NCBI GenBank assembly: GCA_012295275.1
Contig: CM022674.1
Location: 12,152,001 to 12,216,000, forward strand
Direction of reading: 5' to 3'
DNA length: 64,000 nucleotides
Origin: Chrysomallon squamiferum
Taxonomy: Eukaryota; Animalia; Mollusca
Below are positions 51,601 to 62,400 of the stretch, in pieces (positions within the stretch are counted from its first letter, which is position 1; each line of letters opens with the position of its first letter). Made by a program: the position numbers and the translations under genes. Below the pieces are notes generated by a model. That model was not told the DNA's origin and searched no databases. It worked only from the letters and a program-made list of their open reading frames with translations.

Positions 51601-54600
51601 CTCATTCAGGATCCGGATTCTGCACTCATGACATTTTGCACTTTTTCTTTCTTTGTTGTTGTTTTTTACCTTCGTTAGTTTCGGATAAAAAAAAAAAGTG
51701 TTTTCAATTCTCTATATTATTTTTTATTTAAAGGCTACGGTGAATGGACTGAATGGACAGAACAACGTGGTGAGTGTAATAACACATGTGGTGTTGGTAC
51801 TGCTGTTGTATCGACAACTCGAACATGTAACAAACTTCCACAGACTGGAAGACAACTAAAACTATGTGTGGGAAATTCCAACGAAACAAAATATGAATCC
51901 TGTAACACAGAAACGGAATCTTGTAAATGTAAGTAATAATTAGCGAAGATTATTTAGCCACACATCAGAGAATGGGAGAATAAAGCAGAATAAATGTACC
52001 CATATCACATAAAGAGGAGTAACATCTACAAAACTATTTTCATTACTGAAAGCAACAGCATTATTATAAAGTGGAATAAAAACCAGCAAATATTCGTCGT
52101 TAGCTGAAAGTTAATTTCACAGATTAAAGTATCATAATTATTACAACAGGAATAAAGGAATGCAAACGTAGCATTATTTTACAAATAACAATATCGCACA
52201 ATAAACGTACCATAACAACCAATTGTAATCGTACCACTATTACTTTTCAGTTAAAACTGAGTTGTGCAGTGCAGTGTATGCTTCGAAGTTAGACAAATGT
52301 ATTAATAGTACTGGCCACACCAAAGAATCAATTGAGTTTCTTGTATCTAGCGGCCTGGCAGGGTCTATTCCTAAAGAAGAATCTGTTCTAACATTCAAAG
52401 AAAAGTACTGCACGTTAGTATAATTCCGAGTATTTCAACCTAAGTCTGTGTTTTTTATGTGCATAGTTACGTATTTATTTGTGTGCATTTGTATGTATTC
52501 CTCTGGTTATGTATATATGTTTGTATTTCTGTATATATACTGGTATTTACATAAAACTGCACATACTTGTGCATGTCGTTTTCATATTTTCTTTTTTGTT
52601 TTTTTTCTTCGTTTGCTTTTTGTTTGTATTTTTGTTTTTCTTTTTTTCTTTCCATTTTGTTGTTATTTGTTCTGTTTGCTTTTCTTTTTGTGGGGTTTGT
52701 TGTTTGTAGTTTGTTTTGTTTTTGTTGTTTTTTGTATGAACGTGCATGTGTTATATGCTTCGTATTTTAATTTCTTTAGGGAAGCTAAGATCAATTCATC
52801 ATCAAACTGTTTTCGACTTGCTGTTGAAGCTATAGAAAATAATGAGGAATGTAAACGTTTCATCGGAGATAAAATCAAGAAAGGACGTCGAAAATAAAAT
52901 ATCTGAGTATAAATTGGCATGCACTGCTGGTAAGTAAATAACTGTTAAATTTTATTACACGAATGAAACTGACACGTCTTGCTCAGCTTTCTGACCCGAT
53001 GTTTTCAAATCAAGAAAAAACGAAATTTATTTTGTTTTGTTGTTGTTATTCCTGTTTTCTTATTTTTTTTCGTGCAGCGGATTAAACTAGAGCATAACAA
53101 TGGTATGTTGTGGCATTGTATTAGAACTTTGTCACTCAAGTTCATGTCTTATTCATTTTCTATTGTTTTATTTATACTGAGTGTCTTCGACTATTTCTCC
53201 AGAATGGTACTATCATTTCAGAAACAAGACAGATAACTCAGTGTATTATAACACAATAATTGCTCGTCTCGATTCAGTTTGATCATATATCGCTCTTCAT
53301 TTTGTTTTTGTCCTTGACTTTGTTATGGCCTGTTATTGAATGCAAGTTGTACTGAATATTTAATTTTTTAATATTAATTTTTTTTTTTTTTTTTTTCCAA
53401 GTTCATCTCGAGTGGACTGAATGGACAAAACAACGCGGTAATTGTAATAGCACGTGTGGAGCTGGTGTCATTGCTGTGTCCAAAACCAGAACGTGCGAAA
53501 TATTTCTGCAGACGGGAAAGAGAGAAAAGCTGTGCGTGGGAAAGTCAAACGAAACAGAATATGAATACTGTTACACATCAACAGAATACTGCAAATGTAA
53601 GTAATAATTAGAAAAAATTAATAGTCGCATTCAAGTAGTACAAATATTCATACATCACATAAACAGACATAACACATTGAAACTATTAGTTATTAAAGGG
53701 AAGAAGAATAACTCCATGCACAAACATACTGCTTTAGCACTGATTCATGCAGCTACTTAATTTAAACAGCCACTAGACAGATTAAATGAATTATAACGAT
53801 ATCAACAGGAATAAAAGATTATATGAATTATAATTATTTAAACTAACAACAGGCCTTCCATTATTTATTTTCATTATGTTAATAAGCCTGATTGGTGCGG
53901 TGAAATAAAATAAATAGTAGCCCTTCCATTACCTTTCAGCTAAGCCTGATTGGTGCGGTGAAATATACGCTTCGAACTTAGCCAACTGTATTAATGGCAT
54001 AGGCCATTCCACAGAATCAATGGCCTTCATATTATCTCGTGGCCAAAATGGATCTATTCCAGAAGGAGAATCTATTCTAACGTTCAGACAAAAGTATTGC
54101 ACGTAAGTACATTTCCAGATACTTCCACCTAGGTGTTTCTTGACATGTATGTCTATATCCCTCTGTATGCATGTATCTGCATAAATACAAACGTCATATA
54201 TATATATATAACCTATAATTTACTAAAGCATTAAACTTTAATATACATAATAGCTATATACTAAATGATATAATAATGTATGAACCCTATACTGACATAA
54301 AAACCATGTAAACAAATGTAAACACTATATGCAAAGAAAAATGTACAGTAGGAAAATTTAGGCTAGGTTGGTTAATTTAGGATGGTTATGAGTACAAATG
54401 GAAACTTACTCTTGCCTTGATAGAAAGTAGGTTGAGAAAGGGTTTTAAACTGGGGACTCAGAATTACTTAAAAGGTAAGGTTTCAAGTGGGAAATGGAGA
54501 TAAGTTCAAATGTAGTGATCTGGAAAACTGATGTCAGTGAAATTGATGGTCAGCAATATTATATCAAAAGTCTAATTTTTGTAGGGAAGCTAAGATCAAT

Positions 54601-54971
54601 TTAGCATCAAACTGTTTCCAAACAGCTGGGGAGGATAAAAAAAAGGATGTGTGTAAACGTTTTACAGCCGAAAAAATCAGGAAAGATGTCGAAAAGAAAT
54701 TATCGGAATACAGATTGGCATGTTTAGCTGGTAAGTAATATCTGTTACAGTTTACTGTATAAATCACGTATTGATTTTGTTCATAGCTGAAGACACCAAA
54801 GAAACGTAATCAACAGCTAAATATAAGATAATTACCTTGTAAGAAAAGGAATGCCGTTTAAAACGGAATAGATTCGAAGAAACGCTAAGTTCACAGCATC
54901 AGGGTGATGATGAACATGAATAACTTTCTTTATCTACATAAAATTATACAGCTTTTGTATGTCGTTAAAAA

Positions 54972-55004
<33 letters not shown>

Positions 55005-56353
55005 TAAATTCAACTTGGGACATTTTTTATTAGCTTTTCAATAAATAAAACTGATCTAATTAAAAATATTAAATTCTTTAGGCACTGGATCGAACACTAC
55101 ATGCAACAAAATATTGTTATTCAACCCCCGTAATCTTTATATCATCAGCCTTATATTTGATACATTTCTAGTAATTCGTTCATCAGATATCATTTATTTT
55201 CCTTCGACATTGTAACCTAGTTGCTTTTTACATTAAATGAATTTGTTTCCGTTTCCCGTGACCTTGTGTTGAAGCATTCACTTAGCTATTCCAACACCTT
55301 AATTAACAGCAGTTGCCAAAATAAAGATAACCGCTACCTTCTTTTCGACTTGCACTCATTTATACTAATTCTATCCGTAATCAACTTTTTTAAGCGAAAT
55401 TTCTAAATGCATTTGCAAAAAAATAGATTTTTTTCTTCAAAGTTTATGGTGAATGGACTGAATGGACAGAACGTCGTGGTGAGTGTAATGACACATGTGG
55501 TCTTGGGACCTGTCTTGTATCGAAAACTCGGACGTGTAAGAAACTTCCACAGACTGGAAGACAACTAAAACTATGTGTTGGAAATTCAAACGAATCAAAA
55601 TATGACACCTGTAAGACAGAAACAGAATCTTGTAAACGTAAGTAATAATGAGCCAAAAAAAGCCATTGAAATTAGAATAAAGCGAAGATTAGTCAGTCAC
55701 ACACCATAACAAGTAGAATAAAGCAGAGTAAATGTTCCGGTATCATATAAAGAGGAATAAAATGTAGAAATGCTTTTGTTATTAAAGGAAAAAGGATAAT
55801 AAATCCCAAACACAATCGTTGAATGTGCAGGGAGCAATAACTATTGATGTAGTTACGTTATACACATAGAAAGAGAAGGAAGACGAAATGCAGTAAATGT
55901 TAACAGGAGTAAAGGAATGCAAACGTAACATTTTTATGTAAACCGCAATAACATACAATAAACCTACCGTAGCAGCCGATAGTAAACCACCATTATTATG
56001 TTTCAGTCAAAATTGAGACGTGCAATGCAATGTACGCTTCGCACTTAGCCAAATGTATTACTAGTACTGGCCATACCAAAGAATCGATGGACTTTATGCT
56101 ATCTCGTGGACAGGCAGGGTCTATTCCTAAAGACGAATCTGTTCTAACATTCAGAACAAAGTACTGCACGTAAGTATATTTCCAGCTTCTTCTTACTGCT
56201 GCTTATTGCTTGTGGTGTATGTAGGTATCAGTGGCTGTCAGTTTATACGTCCGTCTCTGATTTCATTTGGGATATCTGTGTGAACGTACCTGCTTATTCG
56301 CAAACATGTACGTGGACCTATATATATTTTGTATCTAATTATTCAAATACGTC

Positions 56354-56431
<78 letters not shown>

Positions 56432-59400
56432 CAGTTTGTGTGTATATGCATAGTTTCTCAAGTTTATATCGGTTTATAGGAGTGCATGTGCTTTAAAATC
56501 TGTGTCTGTATTGTTTTTCTGAACATACCTCTATGAGTCAATCTATTTTATTTTAATTTTGTAGAAATTCTAAGATTAGTCTAATAACAGCGTGTTTCCG
56601 GGATGCTGGCGATGCTATGGAAAAAACTGATGTATGTAAACGTCTTGTTGGAGATAAAAGCAAGAAAGATGTTGAAAATAAATTATCGGAATATAAATTG
56701 GCATGTTTTGCTGGTAAGCAAATAACTGTAACAATTTTATTACATCAGTACATTTTGAAACTAAAATACCGGATAGTTTCACAAGATAGGGGTCATGAGG
56801 AACATGCAATAGCTCTCTTCTTGTGTGTGTATGTTTTGTGTGTGTGTTTGGATGGGTATGGGTGTGAGTGTGTGTGTCTGTGAATCCAGTCATTCGCGTA
56901 ATGTTTAAATAAATCAGCCATTTCGCGAACTTCCTGAGACTACCAGGACTACGAAATGACTGAACATCATGGCCAGCCATTATCCAAAATGACTAAAGTG
57001 ATTCAAGTTTTATTGTTGACACTTGCTTACAGGTTCTTGGTCTTAAATACTGATAAACACACCGTATCCAAACTGATTACGACAGGATTACTTTTAGTAC
57101 TCTTAGTACAAACCTGTGATTGCAGCATCCTGTAACTTTCATCTCTGTAAAACTTAACGTTTCTGGGGTTTACTCACAAAATTCTTCTTTCTTTCTTTTT
57201 CTTTTTCCTTTTTTTTTTTTTTTTTTTCTTATTCTTCTTTGGTCTTTGTACTTAGTGCATCATGTCAGAGTTCTTTTAAGAGTAAATTCAAGATGTGGGT
57301 TGGATAATTAATATTTGCTTTTGGTCCCTTAAAAAATTTGTTCATTTTACACATTAATTGAACGTCCTCTCTTCAAAATATTCCTGTTTTATAGTCATCA
57401 TGCACATTTCAAGTAGCTCGTTCATTACATTTTATCTGTTCCTTTAACATATCATAGGTTTTTCATATTTATTTTCTACGTAATGAGTTAATTTCCGTGA
57501 TTTTTTTTTTTTTTTTGATTTTTTTGATTTTTTAATCACCATTCCCAAATCTCCTTTAACACCATTATTATAACTGCCATTATCAAAATTTTCTTCATAA
57601 CTAAATATTAACATAAAGACATTTCCAACTTTCTCTCCGGCAGCCTCTTAGCTCATTCTGATACCGCTTTCTGTACTTATCTCTTGTATGGTATATCGGG
57701 TTTCCTTGACTTCATCAGTAATGAATGCATATTGTATTCAATGTTTCCAAAAAAAATTGCTTTAAAGTCTTCCTTTTTTTTTTAATTTTTTTTTTTTTCT
57801 TTAAAGAATATGGTGAATGGACTGAATGGACAAAACAACGTGGTAAGTGTAATAATACATGTGGCGTTGGCACCGCTGTTATATCGACAACTCGAACATG
57901 CAACAAACTTCCACAGACAGGAAGGAAATTAAAACTCTGCCTGGGAGAATCAAACGAAACAAAATATGAATCCTGTAACACTGAAACAGAATCTTGTAAA
58001 CGTAAGTAACAATTAACTAACACAAACTAATTAAATCACAAACCGTAGAAATTAGAGTAAAGAAGTACACGCAGCTGTATCACATAACGAGGAATAACAG
58101 GTAAAAACAAAACTGTGTTAATTAGAGGAAACAAGAATAATACCACTGACACAGATGCTGATTATGCAGGGAGCGATAATACCTATTCTAAAAAAGCAAC
58201 ATTATACAGACAGGAAAAATACGCTGTAATAATACCGTCGTTGTTTAGAAATTAATTTCACAGAATAAAGTACTACTGTTATGTTAATGTGAGTAAAAGA
58301 ATGCAAATGTAGCATTATTACGTAAACTGCAGTAATACTGAATTAACATACGACAACTGTGTAAACAACAACCAATAGTAACCGTACAGTTATTGTGTTT
58401 CAGTTGAAATCAATGTGTGCAAAGCAGCATACACCAATAACTTTGCCAAATGTATTCCTAGTACTGGCCACACCAAAGAATCGATGGCCTTTGTGCTATC
58501 TAGTGGTCAAGCAGGTTCCATTCCGAAAGGAGAATCTGTTCTATCTTTCAGAAAAAAGTACTGCACGTAAGTTTATTGCCGGTTCCTTTCACCTACGTAT
58601 GTACATGTACACCTCTACATGCCTCTCCATATACGCATTTGTGCATGTTTGTGTGCGTATCTACGTTTTCACAAATGTATCTACATGTCACATTATTCAA
58701 CGTGTATGTGCATATATCAGAGTGTTTACATCTGTATTTGTTTACATCTGTATTTGTTGTATGAATCTGTTTTATGTTTCTTGTTCCCTCGGCAAACTGT
58801 ATTCTAATTTTTGTAGAAAAACTAAGATCAATTTAACATCAAACTGCTTCCGACGAGCTACTGATGCTATAGACAGAACCGATGTATGCAAAAGTCTTAT
58901 CGGAGATACAATCAAGAAAGATGTGAACAACAAATTATTTGAATATGAACTGAAATGTTTTGCTGGTAAGTTAATAACTGTAACAATACTGAAATTAAAA
59001 TAACTAATTGAGATGAAGCTATTTTATAAGAAATGTTTCATAGAACCGTACAAACGTACAACAGCCGGTGAATATGAGATATTCTCATTCTAAGTAAAGA
59101 ATAGACGGTTATAACAGAGTAGAACTGAAACGTTATACAACTCACTTTGTTTCACAGGTGCGGCATGTCGAGGAACGTGATAAAAGTATATCTACTGTGT
59201 TATGTGTCGTTAAAACTGTAAATTCAACATATAGGCGGGACGATTCGTTTTTTCTTCTTAACAAATGAAATTCATCTGCTTACACAAATTAGTGCTTTTA
59301 GCACCAGAATCGAAGATTCATTATTACTGCAAAATAATTCTGTTCTACTGCACCAGAAATATTCTTATATTTTATGCATTTCGAGTATCTCTTTCAGTAG

Positions 59401-62400
59401 GTTTGATTTATGTTGTTTTGACATCTGATAGCTTTCTCATAAATAGTTAGTATTTAATGACTTTGTTTTTGTGTTTTCGTGAACGTTTTCGACCCTGCCT
59501 TTTTCCATTCATTTAGCTACTAAACACCAAACTGCCATTACCTAAAACGTCATCATTACGAAATCCAAAATAAAGACCTTCGCAACTTCCTGTCCGGATA
59601 GATAACATTTTTCCCAGTATCCTCTGCGGCTGGCTCCTAGTTCATTCTAATTCCGGTTTCTCATCTTTACGACTGATTGAGTTTCCTTGACTTCGTTACT
59701 AATGAATGCGTTTTGTATTCAATTCTTACAAAAGAAATTGTTTTCAATTTTCTGTAATATTTGTTCTTAAAAGTATACGGTGAATGGACTGAATGGACAG
59801 AAGAACGTGGTGAATGTAATAATCACATGTGGCGTTGGTATCGCTATTATATCGACAACTCGAACATGTAAGATACTTCCACAAACTGGAACAACACTAA
59901 AACTCTGCCTGGGAAAATCAAGCGAAACAGAATATGAACATTGTGACTCAACAACAGAATCTTGTAAACGTAAGTAATAATTAGCGAAGATTAGTTAGAT
60001 ACAAACTACATAAAGTAGAATAAAGGAAGGTAAATGGACCTTCATCATATAAAAATGTGTGTTAATAAAGGAAACAGTAATAACACCAGGGACACAAACG
60101 TTGACTGTGCAGGGAACAGAAATACTTATTCACTAACAGAGCAAGGAAAGCTGGGTAAACGTATTATTGTTCTAATATTAGTACACACTAAACATACATA
60201 CGTTATTTTGAGTAAACGTATTATTGTTCTATTATTAGTACACACTAAACATACATACGTTATTTTGAGTAAACGTATTATTGTTCTATTATTAGTACAC
60301 ACTAAACATACATACGTTATTTTGAGTAAACGTATTATTGTTCTATTATTAGTACACACTAAACATACATACGTTATTTTGAGTAAACGTATTATTGTTC
60401 TATTATTAGTACACACTAAACATACATACGTTATTTTGAGTAAACGTATTATTGTTCTATTATTAGTACACACTAAACATACATACGTTATTTTGAGTAA
60501 ACGTATTATTGTTCTATTATTAGTACACACTAAACATACATACGTTATTTTGAGTAAACGTATTATTGTTCTATTATTAGTACACACTAAACATACATAC
60601 GTTATTTTGAGTAAACGTATTATTGTTCTATTATTAGTACACACTAAACATACATACGTTATTTTGAGTAAACGTATTATTGTTCTATTATTAGTACACA
60701 CTAAACATACATACGTTATTTTGAGTAAACGTATTATTGTTCTATTATTAGTACACACTAAACATACATACGTTATTTTGAGTAAACGTATTATTGTTCT
60801 ATTATTAGTACACACTAAACATACATACGTTATTTTGAGTAAACGTATTATTGTTCTATTATTAGTACACACTAAACATACATACGATATTTTAAAAAGT
60901 AATTAATTACAATATGCTATTAGGAACAAAGGAATGCAAACGTTACATTATCGTATTAACAGTATTACCACAATATAACATACACAATTGTTTAAACAAA
61001 AACCAGTCATAACCGAACAGTTATCGTGTTTCAGTTGGAATTGAATCCTGCAATGCACAGTACGCTTCGAGCTTAGCCGCATGTATTGACAGTACTGGTC
61101 ACACCAAGGAATCGATGGACTTTATGCTTTCTCGTGGAGAAACGGGATCTATTCCAAAAAACGAATCTGTTCTAACTTTCAGAGAAAAGTACTGCACGTA
61201 AGTGTATTTCCAAGTACTTCACACATCAGTGTGTGAATACATATATCTGTATTAATAACTATGCATCTAAGTATGTAGATGTGAATGCCTATATGTATGT
61301 ATCTCTGTTTGTATTTGCGCATGTCTATATATTTATATATTTGCGTATTCGCAAACGTATACATAGAACCGTATACGTTTTTATGAATATATCTACATAT
61401 CGTATCGGCGTGCGTTTTTATCAGCCTATGTACGTATATAAATATGAGTGTGCATATGTATGCCTGCAGGTATGCATGTATGTATGTGTATGCGCATGTG
61501 TTTATTCTAATATCTATATTCACATTTTTGCGTAACTCTGCGTCCATCATTGTATTTACGTGTGTTTGAGTTGTTTTTCTGAAAATGTATATTGTTTTTG
61601 TTTGTTTTCTTCTTCCGTGTGCTAAACTGACTTCTGACGTTTATAGAAAAGCTAAGATCACATTAACATCAAACTGTTTCCGAGGTAGTGGAGATGCTAT
61701 AGAAGAAAACGATGAATGCAAACTCCTTATCGGAGACAAAATCAAGAAAGACGTCGAAAATAAATTATCTGAATATAAACTGGCATGTTCTGCTGGTAAG
61801 TAAATGCCTTAACAATTTGTTATATCAATAACTTTTAAAGTTAAATATCTCGTTGAGATAAAGTTATATAAATGTTCTTTACCCACTGATTTTATACTAA
61901 GTGTGTAACACCGAGCAAACTTAACAAACAACATTTAAACATGTGCTAATCACTTAGTATCAAATTAGTATCCAACTGTCTTACAACATGGATAGCATCA
62001 GAACATCAGGGTGGTGAGGAACAGGCAATTACTTTCTTTATGTATATGTTCGGTTGTTATATATTATCAAAAATGAACGATCAAAATTTGAGTGGGACAA
62101 ATAATGTTTCCTTTTAAAAAAAAAAAAAAATTAAAAATTAAATTAATCTTTAGCAGCTAGATTTAACATCTACTCATACTACAAAATATCATTGTTATAT
62201 AGCACCAAAATGTATCATCAACCTTATATTACATGCATTTCGAGTTATTCGTTCGTTTGATTTCATTTATGTTTCTCTGACATCGCACAGCTTTCTCGCA
62301 GCCATTTTCTATATAATGTGTTTGTTTCCGTCTTCTCTTCATGTTTTTATCTAACACCATTCGTTTAGCAGCTACAACGCTAAATCTGCCATCGACAAAA

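Noticed and set aside
25427-57800. Recurrent minus-strand ORFs (MLLCYRIHILFRLNF..., MLQDSCLVSFEFPTHS...)
   Set aside because: Antisense shadows of the C exons.
60034-60906. 290-aa and 248-aa repeat ORFs as proteins; also a possible CRISPR-like array
   Set aside because: Pure 57-bp tandem repeat with no unique spacers, inside an intron of a eukaryotic gene.
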